Shown piece by piece: positions 11,428 through 20,986 of a DNA stretch of 64,000 bases. Source of the DNA: an uncultured Rhodoluna sp. (GTDB lineage: Bacteria; Actinomycetota; Actinomycetes; Actinomycetales; Microbacteriaceae); NCBI GenBank assembly GCA_964443065.1, contig CAYUBJ010000001.1, positions 3,694 to 67,693 on the forward strand, in the 5' to 3' direction. Each line of letters begins with the position of its first letter. Positions within the stretch are counted from its first letter, which is position 1. Position numbers and translations under genes: made by a program. The notes under the pieces are model-generated. The model had not been told where the DNA came from. It made no database searches and was given only the letters and a program-made list of their open reading frames with translations.

Positions 11428-12042
11428 GTGAATATAAATGACATCCTGCACCCTGAAAGCATCCTGGCTGATTTCGGGCCACTAGCTCTAGTTATCGCTT
11501 GCCTCATAGTGGTTGCCGAAACCGGCCTGCTGGTTGGCTTTTTCCTACCCGGTGACTCACTGCTGTTCACAGTCGGCCTGATGATTGGTGGCGGTGTCAT
11601 CGACGCACCTATCTGGCTGGCTTGTATTTGTATTTCGTTATCCGCCGTCTTAGGAGACCAGATCGGTTACTACATCGGTAAAACCGCCGGACCAAAAGTT
11701 TTTAAACGACCTGAATCGAAACTGTTTAGCCAGAAAAATGTTGAACGGGCAGAAAACTTTTTCAAGAAATATGGCAGCAAAGCAGTCATCTTCGCTCACT
11801 ATGTCCCCATCATGCGAACTTTCATTCCCGTAGCAGCTGGAGTTGGAAAGATGAAGTATTCCTACTATTTGCGAAATAACCTAATTGGTGCGATTAGCTG
11901 GGGTTTCAGCGTACCTCTGCTCGGTTATTTCTTAGGAAATATCGCCTTTATTCGTGAGCACGTAATTATCGTGACACTTGTGCTTATTGCACTTTCGTTC
12001 ATTCCAGTAACTATTGAAGTAATAAAAGCTAAACGACGTTAG
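11428..12042 (+). CDS. dedA: DedA/VTT-family membrane protein
   Basis: ETGLLVGFFLPGDSLLF, GDQIGY and VPIMRTF motifs; GTG 11428 is the first in-frame start after the tRNA. Confidence 0.92.
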   Translation: MNINDILHPESILADFGPLALVIACLIVVAETGLLVGFFLPGDSLLFTVGLMIGGGVIDAPIWLACICISLSAVLGDQIGYYIGKTAGPKVFKRPESKLFSQKNVERAENFFKKYGSKAVIFAHYVPIMRTFIPVAAGVGKMKYSYYLRNNLIGAISWGFSVPLLGYFLGNIAFIREHVIIVTLVLIALSFIPVTIEVIKAKRR

Positions 12043-12604
12043 CCTTCAGATAATCAATTAGCGAACTTAATGCAATTGATCTGTGGCTAAGTGCATTCTT
12101 TACTTCTGGCTCTAACTCTGCTGCGGTTTGCTGAAACCCCTCTGGAATAAATATCGGGTCATAGCCGTGCCCGTTTGTGCCGCGTTCCTCAAAGGCTATC
12201 GACCCTGGCCAAATACCAGTGAAACTAAGTTCAACATCTTCGGAGACCAATGCGATTGTGCAAACAAAAGAAGCTTGGCGATGTGCTTCGGGAACGTCTT
12301 TTAGCTGCGCTAAAAGTAATCTTCGATTGGCAACGTTATCTTTGCTACCTGACCATATTGCGGTGAATATTCCTGGTGAACCACCAAGGATTTCTACCTG
12401 CAAACCTGAGTCATCAGCCAAAGCTGGCAGGCCGGTGTGTTTGTGAGCGGCTCTTGCCTTGATCATGGCATTTTCTAGAAATGTTGTTCCATCCTCAATC
12501 GGCTCAGGACCGTCATATCCAACAAGTTCTAGACCAACCGGAGCGAGAATGGCTCTTAGTTCAGCCACCTTGCCCTGATTATGGGTTGCTAGAACAAGTT
12601 TCAT
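12029..12604 (-). CDS. rdgB: Non-canonical purine NTP pyrophosphatase (RdgB/HAM1)
   Basis: ATHNQGK, ADDSGL, GYDPIF and KNALSHR motifs. Confidence 0.96.
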   Translation of the reverse strand: MKLVLATHNQGKVAELRAILAPVGLELVGYDGPEPIEDGTTFLENAMIKARAAHKHTGLPALADDSGLQVEILGGSPGIFTAIWSGSKDNVANRRLLLAQLKDVPEAHRQASFVCTIALVSEDVELSFTGIWPGSIAFEERGTNGHGYDPIFIPEGFQQTAAELEPEVKNALSHRSIALSSLIDYLKANVV

Positions 12605-12610
12605 GGTTGG

Positions 12611-13333
12611 CTAATCCAACGCAGTTCTTTGGATGACACTCAGCTCTGCTGTTCCATGAAGTGCCAAGTCCAGAAGGCTATTTAGCTCATCGCGACTAAA
12701 GGCAACACCCTCGGCGGTTCCCTGAACCTCAACAAAATCACCACTGCCAGTAACCACAACATTCATGTCGGTTTCGGCTCTCACATCTTCGGTATAGGCC
12801 AAATCCAACATCGGCACTCCATCAATAATTCCGACGGAAATTGCTGCCACGGAATCAATGATCACTCTGTTGTTGGCAGGAATGAATCCTTTAGAAACCC
12901 CGTATCTAACCGCATCCACAAGTGCGACATAAGCACCTGTGATTGCAGCTGTTCTTGTTCCACCGTCGGCCTGGAGAACATCGCAATCGATCACAATGGT
13001 ATTTTCACCCAGCGCCTTGAAGTCAACCACTGCTCTTAGTGCTCTACCAATCAATCTTGAAATCTCGTGCGTACGGCCGCCGATTTTTCCCTTTACCGAT
13101 TCACGGTCATTTCTTTCGTGAGTGGCGCGAGGGAGCATTGCATACTCTGCGGTTACCCAACCCTCCCCTTTGCCAACTTTCCAACGTGGCACTCCAGGTG
13201 TAAAGCTGGCTGTGCAAAGCACTTTCGTTGAACCGAAGCTAATTAGCGCGGAACCTTCTGCATGTTCGCTCCAATTGCGCTCAATCGAAACCTGTCGAAG
13301 TTGGTTATTTTCTCTTCCGTCGACTCTAGCCAT
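12611..13333 (-). CDS. rph: Ribonuclease PH
   Basis: [31 protein letters not shown] and EVQGTAE motifs. Confidence 0.97.
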   Translation of the reverse strand: MARVDGRENNQLRQVSIERNWSEHAEGSALISFGSTKVLCTASFTPGVPRWKVGKGEGWVTAEYAMLPRATHERNDRESVKGKIGGRTHEISRLIGRALRAVVDFKALGENTIVIDCDVLQADGGTRTAAITGAYVALVDAVRYGVSKGFIPANNRVIIDSVAAISVGIIDGVPMLDLAYTEDVRAETDMNVVVTGSGDFVEVQGTAEGVAFSRDELNSLLDLALHGTAELSVIQRTALD

Positions 13334-13336
13334 TTG

Positions 13337-14140
13337 CTAACCAATCTGTTCTACTGTTTGAACCTCGGGGCCGAGGAATCTTCTGGCCAATTCGGCAAAG
13401 GACTTTGAGTCACCGGTTGACTGGAACCTTAGAGTTGGCTTTGCTGAATCAGTGCGCAACAGATTGTGGGCAAGCAAAGTGCGGTAAACATCTTTAGCTG
13501 TTTCCTCGGCACTCGAAACTAAGGTGACCTGTTCCCCCATCACATAAGATAGGGCGCCGGTGAGAAGCGGATAGTGGGTGCACCCTAAAACTAAGGTGTC
13601 CACTTGACTAGCTTTGATTGGTTCAAGATAAGACTCAGCAAGGGCTATGAGTTCCGCACCACTGGTAATGCCCCGCTCAACATACTGAACAAACTCGGGG
13701 CAAGCTACTGAAGTAACTTCTAGATTCACAGCGGCAGCGAAAGCATCCTCGTAGGCTTTGGAGTTAATTGTTGCGTTGGTCCCGATTACGCCAACTTTTC
13801 CATTTCTGGTAGCCGCAACGGCTCTTCTGACCGCTGGTTGGATAACTTCGACAACAGGAATTCCTCGGCCCTCGGTATAACGCTCACGGGCATCGCGAAG
13901 AACGGCGGCTGATGCGGTGTTGCAGGCGATTACCAGAATCTTCACTCCCTCATCGACAAGTCGATCCATCACATCAATGGCTAGAGTTCGAACTTCACTA
14001 AGTGGCTTTGGACCATATGGGGTATTCGCAGTGTCACCTAGATAAATGATTGATTCGTTGGGAAGTTGGTCAATAATTGCTCGGGCAACAGTCAGCCCAC
14101 CGACACCGGAGTCGAAAATACCTATCGGAGCGTTATTCAC
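13337..14140 (-). CDS. murI: Glutamate racemase
   Basis: FDSGVGG, ACNTAS and LGCTHY (both catalytic Cys present). Confidence 0.97.
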   Translation of the reverse strand: MNNAPIGIFDSGVGGLTVARAIIDQLPNESIIYLGDTANTPYGPKPLSEVRTLAIDVMDRLVDEGVKILVIACNTASAAVLRDARERYTEGRGIPVVEVIQPAVRRAVAATRNGKVGVIGTNATINSKAYEDAFAAAVNLEVTSVACPEFVQYVERGITSGAELIALAESYLEPIKASQVDTLVLGCTHYPLLTGALSYVMGEQVTLVSSAEETAKDVYRTLLAHNLLRTDSAKPTLRFQSTGDSKSFAELARRFLGPEVQTVEQIG

Positions 14141-14149
14141 CCGACAAGT

Positions 14150-14392
14150 CTATTCGCTACCCTCGTTAGCCCTCATAAGGTCGTAAATCTCCTTGCATTC
14201 AGGGCATACTGGAAACTTCTCGGGATCACGGCTAGGTACCCAAACCTTGCCACAAAGAGCAACCACTGGGGTTCCCATCACCGCTGATTCAACAACTTTG
14301 TCTTTGCGAACATAGTGCGAGTAACGTTCATGATCACCTGGCTCAACCGGATTCACAATTGGATCGGTGGAGGATTTAACTTCCTGATCCAC
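14150..14392 (-). CDS. DUF3039 small Cys/His protein
   Basis: GDHERYSHYV...ALCGKVWVP...PVCPECK pattern. Confidence 0.88.
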   Translation of the reverse strand: MDQEVKSSTDPIVNPVEPGDHERYSHYVRKDKVVESAVMGTPVVALCGKVWVPSRDPEKFPVCPECKEIYDLMRANEGSE

Positions 14393-14394
14393 GC

Positions 14395-15783
14395 TTAGCC
14401 TTTCGCAGTGCGCACAGCATCGGCTACCCGCTGGGCGACATCTGGGTGGAATACCGAAGGGACAATATACGAAGCGTTGAGCTCGTCTTTTTCAACACAG
14501 TCTGCTAACGCTGTTGCTGCTGCTAGCAGCATGTTTTCGGTGATTTTGGTAGCACCGGCATCGAGTAGTCCGCGGAAGACACCTGGGAATGCAAGCACGT
14601 TATTAATCTGGTTGGCAAAGTCACTTCTTCCAGTTGCCACCACTGCGGCAAACTTTGCAGCCTGGGCCGGATCGATTTCCGGAGTCGGGTTAGCTAAAGC
14701 AAAAACAATCGCATTTTTTGCCATGCGTTCAATATCTTCAGCCACCAGTAGGTTACCCGCGGAAACTCCGATGAAGACATCTGCGCCAATCAGAGCTTCT
14801 TTTAGTGAACCTTCCTGGCGGCTCTGATTGGTATTTGTAGCAATCCAATTCAGATTGGTATCCGGTTGAATATCTGCTCGGCCAGCAAAGATGATTCCCT
14901 TTTGGTCAACAACCGTAGCCTGCTTTAGACCTGCGGCAAATAGTAGTTTCAAAACAGCGGTTCCCGCGGCACCAGCACCACTTAGAACCAAGTGAACATC
15001 TTCAATTCTTTTGTTGACTACCTTGAGAGCGTTGCTCAGAGCAGCTAAACAAACAATCGCTGTTCCGTGCTGATCGTCGTGGAATACCGGGATATCCAAT
15101 TCTGCGCGCAAGCGCTCCTCAACTTCAAAACATCTGGGGGCAGAAATATCTTCTAAGTTGATGCCTGCAAAGACTGGGGCAATCGCCTTGACTGTCTTCA
15201 CAATCTCATCTACATCCTGAGTGTCCAAGCAGATTGGAAAAGCATCTATGTTGGCAAAACGTTTGAACAGCGCTGCCTTACCCTCCATTACCGGTAATGC
15301 TGCTAATGGCCCAATATTTCCCAGCCCCAAAACTGCTGAACCGTCACTTACCACGGCAATCGTGTTGCGCTTTATGGTTAGCCTTCTAGCATCTGCTGGG
15401 TCTTTTGCAATAGCTTCACAAATTCTTGCCACACCTGGGGTGTAGATAAGCGACAGGTCGTCACGGTTACGAATCGGCAGCTTTGATTCGATAGTTAACT
15501 TGCCACCTAAGTGAGCCAAGAAAGTTCGATCCGAGACTTTGCCAACCACAACTCCGGTGACACCTTTTAGTTCAGAGACAATCTGAGTTGCGTGATCAGA
15601 ATCGCGACAGGCGCAGGTTAGGTCAACACGAACACGTTCAGCATCGGAGTGATTTACGTCAACCGCTGTTACCGATCCACCAATTTTCTCGATGATTGAT
15701 GTGAGTTCACTTACCGCGGTAGTTTTTGCCGGCGCTTCTAGACGAATAGTTATCGAGTACTGAACTGATGGCGCATTTGACAT
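14395..15783 (-). CDS. NAD(P)-dependent malic enzyme with N-terminal ACT-like domain
   Basis: YTPGVA, DGSAVLGLG, EGKA, INLEDI, FHDDQHGT and GAGAAG motifs; start ATG 15783. Confidence 0.93.
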   Translation of the reverse strand: MSNAPSVQYSITIRLEAPAKTTAVSELTSIIEKIGGSVTAVDVNHSDAERVRVDLTCACRDSDHATQIVSELKGVTGVVVGKVSDRTFLAHLGGKLTIESKLPIRNRDDLSLIYTPGVARICEAIAKDPADARRLTIKRNTIAVVSDGSAVLGLGNIGPLAALPVMEGKAALFKRFANIDAFPICLDTQDVDEIVKTVKAIAPVFAGINLEDISAPRCFEVEERLRAELDIPVFHDDQHGTAIVCLAALSNALKVVNKRIEDVHLVLSGAGAAGTAVLKLLFAAGLKQATVVDQKGIIFAGRADIQPDTNLNWIATNTNQSRQEGSLKEALIGADVFIGVSAGNLLVAEDIERMAKNAIVFALANPTPEIDPAQAAKFAAVVATGRSDFANQINNVLAFPGVFRGLLDAGATKITENMLLAAATALADCVEKDELNASYIVPSVFHPDVAQRVADAVRTAKG

Positions 15784-15819
15784 ACCAACAAGTTTGCCAT
15801 GTATTAGCGCTGCCACCAA

Positions 15820-17040
15820 CTAATTAGCAGCTTCAGCGTCTCCTAGGGTGGCTGAAATCTGCATTTCTTCGCCATCTCTGATAACTGTTATGGTCACTTT
15901 TGCAAAGGCAGGCTTGGATCTGATGGTGGCGGTGAGCTTTGAAGCTCCGTCAATCTTTTCATCATCGACTTTTATAACGATATCGCCAACTTTTAATCCA
16001 GCCTTCTCAGCTGGACCACCTGCAGTCAATTTTTGTATTTCAGCGCCGATGCTAAATGAGCCCTGCTGATCAGAATTAGTCGCATCGGCAATAAAAGCAC
16101 CGAGCAATCCATGTGAAACTTTTCCAGTTTTAATAATCTGATCTGAAACACGCTTTGCTGTGTTCGATGGAATAGCGAAACCAACACCGATACTTCCAGC
16201 TTGAGATGTTGAGCTAGTCGCTGTTGCAATAGCAACATTGATACCAATAAGTTGACCGGCTTGATTCACAAGAGCACCACCGGAGTTACCTGGATTGATG
16301 GCGGCGTCGGTCTGAATAACATCTAGGTTTACCGGTGGCTGGTTGTTAGCGTTATTCCAAAGTTCTAGGCTTGAGCCGCCATCTTTTGGAACCGCAGATG
16401 ATGCTACCTGAATTGTTCTGTGCATAGCAGAGATAACACCAGCGGTAACTGTAGCCTCGTAACCAAGCGGTGCACCGATAGCTACGGCATACTCACCGAC
16501 GTTTAGATTCGAACTATCGGCAAATTCAATTGGGGTGAAGCCGGTTCCCCTGGCCTTGATTACGGCAAGATCGTTGGTTGGATCCGTACCGACCACAGTA
16601 GCTTTGAAAATCCGATCTGCGCTGGTCTTCACTTCGATGTAAACATCGCTTGCCGCTCCATCCAAAGTGACAACGTGAGAGTTAGTCAGGATGTACCCAT
16701 CGCTGGTAAGCACCACACCAGAGCCAGTGCCAGCTCCTGAGTCAGAAGACACTGAGAGTGTGACCACCGAAGGCAGGGCCTTAGCCGCTGCTCCACTGAC
16801 CCAGTTAACTTTCTCAACATTGTTGATAACTACTTGGCTCGTTCCAGATGAAAAAGGGACAAGACCGTTGACTGCAAAAGCGCCAACAAAAACTCCAAGA
16901 AGCGGGCCAAGGATGGCGGCGACTACGAGAGATTTTGAACCAGCTTTTTTAGGTGGAGTAAGCCCTGACTTATCAGAGGTTGGTAGTTTAAAAATCTCTG
17001 CCATGAACTGTGTGTTGTAGTGCTTCTTGTTATCAGACAT
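15820..17040 (-). CDS. HtrA/PepD-like membrane serine protease with PDZ domain
   Basis: TM anchor; catalytic triad TNSHVV / TNDLAV / GNSGG; C-terminal PDZ. Confidence 0.94.
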   Translation of the reverse strand: MSDNKKHYNTQFMAEIFKLPTSDKSGLTPPKKAGSKSLVVAAILGPLLGVFVGAFAVNGLVPFSSGTSQVVINNVEKVNWVSGAAAKALPSVVTLSVSSDSGAGTGSGVVLTSDGYILTNSHVVTLDGAASDVYIEVKTSADRIFKATVVGTDPTNDLAVIKARGTGFTPIEFADSSNLNVGEYAVAIGAPLGYEATVTAGVISAMHRTIQVASSAVPKDGGSSLELWNNANNQPPVNLDVIQTDAAINPGNSGGALVNQAGQLIGINVAIATATSSTSQAGSIGVGFAIPSNTAKRVSDQIIKTGKVSHGLLGAFIADATNSDQQGSFSIGAEIQKLTAGGPAEKAGLKVGDIVIKVDDEKIDGASKLTATIRSKPAFAKVTITVIRDGEEMQISATLGDAEAAN

Positions 17041-17101
17041 CTAAAGGAAACTCCCTGCGCTAAGTTCAGAACAAAAATTACTTTCCGAACTTAATAAGTT
17101 T

Positions 17102-17129
17102 ATGAAATCCTGCTGGGAATTTTCTGGAA
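17102..17129 (-). promoter_or_regulatory. Tandem hexamer direct repeats with 11-bp period (MprA/CssR-like response-regulator site)
   Basis: Minus strand TTCCAG-N5-TCCCAG-N5-TTTCAT, upstream of the HtrA gene. Confidence 0.5.
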
Positions 17130-17130
17130 A

Positions 17131-17919
17131 TCAGCAACCCCATCGATTTGCACTCACGCAGGGCTTATTCACTAGCCTGGGCGCTCTATGATTTGGCGGT
17201 TCAGTTGGCACAGCGCCAACGCTAAGCCGAACGCTCGGTGCTGTTGACCAAACATTAGGTCTAACCAAGACCCAGTTGCTCAGACCGATAAACCTGTATT
17301 CAACTGAGAAATTTACCGAGAGGTTCACCGGAACAAAACCTGTTTCCTGCAAAAGTAACCTCGGCTTTTGCAATTTGGTCTTCAGCGCTCCTATTTGCCA
17401 GAGGTAGCCGCGCGGGGTAAACCGAACCTGACAGTTTAATCCGAGTAATTTGCAGTTGATCGTTTCGGCCCTCGTGGTGCTTGAGAAATTGACAGCACTT
17501 CCAATCACTAAATCGGTTCTAGGGCTAACAATGATTCTTGGTTGCGTCGGTCTAAAACTTTTTAGCGCCTTAGCCAACTCAGCTTGATTTGGCTTGCCGA
17601 TGTTCACGATGGCAATCGGTTGACTGGGCGGATACAAACTCCAGCAACCAACATGGCCACTAGAAATTAACGCGTAAGTCAGATCAGGTGATAAACCATT
17701 CGGATAAACCAAACAACTTGGACTGGTTTGGTTGCTGTTTATTACCAGCTTTAGATTTCCATCCGTCCCTTTGATCAGCACCGAACGAGAGACACAGAGT
17801 AGTAGCGCCTCTGAATTGGTAATCGCCCCAACGGTAGTGTCGGTTAGTTGCAGATTCGCTGGACAGCTAGGCGAAAGCCAGATGCCAGCTAAAAGAGCCA
17901 ATCCGGAGACAGTGAGCAT
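17131..17919 (-). CDS. Hypothetical exported Cys-containing protein, possible C-terminal PKD/Ig-like beta-sandwich
   Basis: 262-aa ORF with hydrophobic N-terminus, beta-rich C-half and paired terminal Cys; has its own TAGAAT-N6-ATG promoter. Confidence 0.7.
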   Translation of the reverse strand: MLTVSGLALLAGIWLSPSCPANLQLTDTTVGAITNSEALLLCVSRSVLIKGTDGNLKLVINSNQTSPSCLVYPNGLSPDLTYALISSGHVGCWSLYPPSQPIAIVNIGKPNQAELAKALKSFRPTQPRIIVSPRTDLVIGSAVNFSSTTRAETINCKLLGLNCQVRFTPRGYLWQIGALKTKLQKPRLLLQETGFVPVNLSVNFSVEYRFIGLSNWVLVRPNVWSTAPSVRLSVGAVPTEPPNHRAPRLVNKPCVSANRWGC

Positions 17920-17958
17920 CGGCCAATTCTAGATTTTAGGGTCCTCGCAACAACCTAC

Positions 17959-17967
17959 TTATCCACA
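17959..17967 (+). promoter_or_regulatory. Perfect DnaA-box sequence TTATCCACA
   Basis: Exact 9-mer in the intergenic region upstream of the 17919 gene promoter. Confidence 0.45.
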
Positions 17968-17971
17968 AAAC

Positions 17972-18001
17972 ATGAAAGCCCTGATCTCTCAGGGCTTTCA
18001 T
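17972..18001 (-). terminator. Intrinsic terminator after tRNA-fMet
   Basis: Perfect 13-bp stem ATGAAAGCCCTGA-TCTC-TCAGGGCTTTCAT followed by GTTTT on the minus strand. Confidence 0.85.
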
Positions 18002-18005
18002 AGAT

Positions 18006-18082
18006 TGGTTGCGGGGGCAGGATTTGAACCTACGACCTCCGGGTTATGAGCCCGGCGAGCTACCGAACTGCTCCACCCCGCG
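18006..18082 (-). tRNA. Initiator tRNA-fMet(CAT)
   Basis: CGCGGGG start with C1:A72 mismatch, GGG/CCC anticodon stem, CAT anticodon, encoded CCA. Confidence 0.97.
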
Positions 18083-18109
18083 GCGAACCTTCAGTCTAAC
18101 AGAAAGCAA

Positions 18110-20971
18110 CTACTTTTTGCTCAGTGCTAGTGCAGTCTCGATTGCCGCCTGCAATCTCGCTTCAGCCTTACCGTATGCGGTCCAGTCTCCAGCGCGCATT
18201 GCTGCGTCCTTATCTTCAATCGCTTTACGAGCGTCCTCTAGCGCATTGGCTAGCTTTTCGGCATTAGTCAGCCCAGGCTCTTCTGGGGTGGTACCACCAT
18301 TTCCTGCGCCGGCGTCACCGCCAAATAGTGCATTCAAAGCATCATCAAGATTGTCTTCGAACGCAATCTTGTCACCAAAGGCAACCAGAACTTTCTTTAG
18401 CAATGGGAATGAGGTTTCACCAGTTGACTGGATGTATACCGGCTGAACGTATAGCAGACCGCCACCGATTGGAAGAGTGAGCAGGTTACCGTTCAACACA
18501 GTGGTTGATCCCTGGCGCAGAATATTCAAAAGCTTTGAAACTTCGCTATCCGAGTTGAAATTGTTCTGAACCTGACCGGGGCCTGGCACGATTGTCTCTC
18601 GCGGAAGAGTCAGAAGCCGCAGCTTTCCATAATGATCAGAAACCACGCCCTTCTTCGTTCCAGCATCAGAGTCAGCCACCAGATACCCGGTTAATACATT
18701 TCGACTTGCATCCCCGGTGGAACGAGGAATAAATGTTGAGTATATCGAGAACGATGGTTTCTTCTGGCCAGGTGCTTCCAGAGTTAGGTAGTAAGGAGGT
18801 TGCAGGGCCGAGCCACCGGTTCCCTCATCAACAGGATCGTTCGGTGTCATCCAGGCATCCTGCTGCGAGTAGAAAGCACCAGCATCGGTTACGTGATACT
18901 GACCTAGGATTCCACGCTGCATCTTGAATAGATCTGCTGGATATCTAACGTGTGAAAGCAATGCCCCAGACATTTCAGAAACTGGACGAACAGTGCCAGG
19001 GAAAATCTTCATCCAGGTCTGCAGAATAGGATCTTTCTCATCCCAGGCGTAGAGCTTGACCGAGCCGTCGTAAGCGTCAACAGTTGCCTTTACCGAGTTT
19101 CGAATGTAATTGATATTTCCAGCTTCCCCTACTGGCGATGTCGAACTGTCCGAAATGGTGTCCGCGAGGTTTTCTGCTCTCGAGTATGGATACTGGGAAG
19201 AAGTGGTGTAGCCATCAACGATCCAGACCACACGGCCATCCACAATTGCCGGATAAATGTCATTGTCCAGAGTCAGATATGGAGCGACCTGAGCAACGCG
19301 TTCACGAGGACTTCGGTTGTAAAGAATCTGCGAGGAATCAGTCACCGCGTCTGACAGAAGGATCTGTTCACTCTGGAACTTAAGCGCATAAGACAGGCGC
19401 TTAAAGATGCTGTCCAGCTTTGGCCCACCATTTCCATTGAAGGTGGTCATGGTCTGTTGATCGGTTGTTGAACCATCCGATCCAGCTGGATAATCGAGTT
19501 CTCTATCGGCAGCACCCTTAGGCGCTCCAACAATTGAGTAAAGCGGTGACCTCTCACCGAAATAGATTCTCGGCTCGTATTCGCCAAGCGAGCCAGTAGA
19601 TGGAATTCCGGACTGAAGGAAAACCGGCTGACCATCTGTGGATCGACGGTTTCCATATGCCGCAACTAAACCGTAGCCGTGAGTGTAAACAATCACATTG
19701 TTATACCAAGACTGAGAGCTACCCAAACCTGATTGGTTCAGTTCACGAACAGCTATTACAGTGTCCTGTGCTTTGCCATTGATTATGTATCGATCGACAT
19801 CAAGGTGGTTTACGAAGTTGTAGTACTGACGATACTGTTCTAGTTGCTTGAATGAGGCGCTGACTAGATTCGGATCAATGATACGAATCTGGGCAGCAGT
19901 CTGAGCATCTTCTTTCAACGCTCCTGCCGTTGCAGTGGTCTTTGCGTCGTATTCAATTACCTCAACTTTGTCCAGACCATAAGCTGCGCGAGTGGCATCT
20001 ATGTTCCTCTTGATGTAATCCGCTTCAAGTGTTCGCTCGTTTGGGACTACCTGGAAGGTCTGAACAATACCTGGCCAGACGCCACCGAGAAGGATTGAAC
20101 AAACCAGCATTAGACCTGTTCCAAGGATTGGCAGACGCCATTTACCAATCACAGCGGCGGCTAGGAAGAGCAGCGCCACCACGAAAGAGATAGCGGTAAG
20201 AATTTGCGCAGCTGGGATTGCTGCGTTTACATCGGAGTAGGTAGCACCGGTGTATAGGCCCTCGGAGCTGGTCATGGTTTCATACTGACCAATCCAGATG
20301 CTAAAACCGAGAACCAAAGTGAACAATCCAGCTAGAACTGCTACCTGGATTCGAGCTGCCTTGGTAAATGTTGACTTCTTTCCGTTGAACTTAATTCCGC
20401 CATAGACCAGGTGCACTATGGCTGTTGGAATGATTGCCAGCAGCAGTGTGAGCATGGCGAAGTTGATTAGGTCAAGGTAAAACGGAAGCTCAAACATATA
20501 AAACGAGACATCCAATTTGAATTGCGGATCGGTAACCCCTGTGTAACTACGATTTATGAAAAGTAAAACTTTTTGCCAGCTTGTTGATTCACCTGAACCA
20601 ATGAACAAACCGATCAGCACAGGCAGGATAAGGAACATGCGCTTGCGTGCCTTATCCAGAGCAACCCTAAATTCACCAAGGTCTCTTCCAAAAAAATCAT
20701 TGCTAGTCACATAGACCGGACGGAAACGCCAAGCAATAAAGATGTTCAGCCAAACGATTAGGCCGGCACTTACTGTTGCGGCAAGAAAGACCCAGGTCTG
20801 AGCCCAAAGCTGAGTGGTAAGCACACTTAGGTAGCCAAGCTGGTCAAACCAAAGCACATCGGTATAGAGACCCGATGCGGCGACCAGAATAATTCCTAAC
20901 AGAATTACAATTCCGAGGGAAATCACCAGCGGTGCACGTTTACGAATGGCGGCTTGATTGTATTGCGTCAT
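18110..20971 (-). CDS. UPF0182 family membrane protein
   Basis: YTDVLWF, DPQFKLDVSFY, YTHGYG and NYIRNSVKATVDAYDG motifs; adjacent to tRNA-fMet as in other actinobacteria. Confidence 0.95.
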   Translation of the reverse strand: MTQYNQAAIRKRAPLVISLGIVILLGIILVAASGLYTDVLWFDQLGYLSVLTTQLWAQTWVFLAATVSAGLIVWLNIFIAWRFRPVYVTSNDFFGRDLGEFRVALDKARKRMFLILPVLIGLFIGSGESTSWQKVLLFINRSYTGVTDPQFKLDVSFYMFELPFYLDLINFAMLTLLLAIIPTAIVHLVYGGIKFNGKKSTFTKAARIQVAVLAGLFTLVLGFSIWIGQYETMTSSEGLYTGATYSDVNAAIPAAQILTAISFVVALLFLAAAVIGKWRLPILGTGLMLVCSILLGGVWPGIVQTFQVVPNERTLEADYIKRNIDATRAAYGLDKVEVIEYDAKTTATAGALKEDAQTAAQIRIIDPNLVSASFKQLEQYRQYYNFVNHLDVDRYIINGKAQDTVIAVRELNQSGLGSSQSWYNNVIVYTHGYGLVAAYGNRRSTDGQPVFLQSGIPSTGSLGEYEPRIYFGERSPLYSIVGAPKGAADRELDYPAGSDGSTTDQQTMTTFNGNGGPKLDSIFKRLSYALKFQSEQILLSDAVTDSSQILYNRSPRERVAQVAPYLTLDNDIYPAIVDGRVVWIVDGYTTSSQYPYSRAENLADTISDSSTSPVGEAGNINYIRNSVKATVDAYDGSVKLYAWDEKDPILQTWMKIFPGTVRPVSEMSGALLSHVRYPADLFKMQRGILGQYHVTDAGAFYSQQDAWMTPNDPVDEGTGGSALQPPYYLTLEAPGQKKPSFSIYSTFIPRSTGDASRNVLTGYLVADSDAGTKKGVVSDHYGKLRLLTLPRETIVPGPGQVQNNFNSDSEVSKLLNILRQGSTTVLNGNLLTLPIGGGLLYVQPVYIQSTGETSFPLLKKVLVAFGDKIAFEDNLDDALNALFGGDAGAGNGGTTPEEPGLTNAEKLANALEDARKAIEDKDAAMRAGDWTAYGKAEARLQAAIETALALSKK

Positions 20972-20986
20972 TTCTTTTCTCTCTTT

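Noticed and set aside
17959-17967. Replication origin
   Set aside because: Only one DnaA box, no box cluster or AT-rich unwinding element, and no dnaA/dnaN nearby.
18009-18446. 145-aa ORF starting MRGQDLNLRPPGYEP (likewise 11316-11600 and the 11398 extension of dedA)
   Set aside because: These are translations across tRNA genes, a classic artefact.
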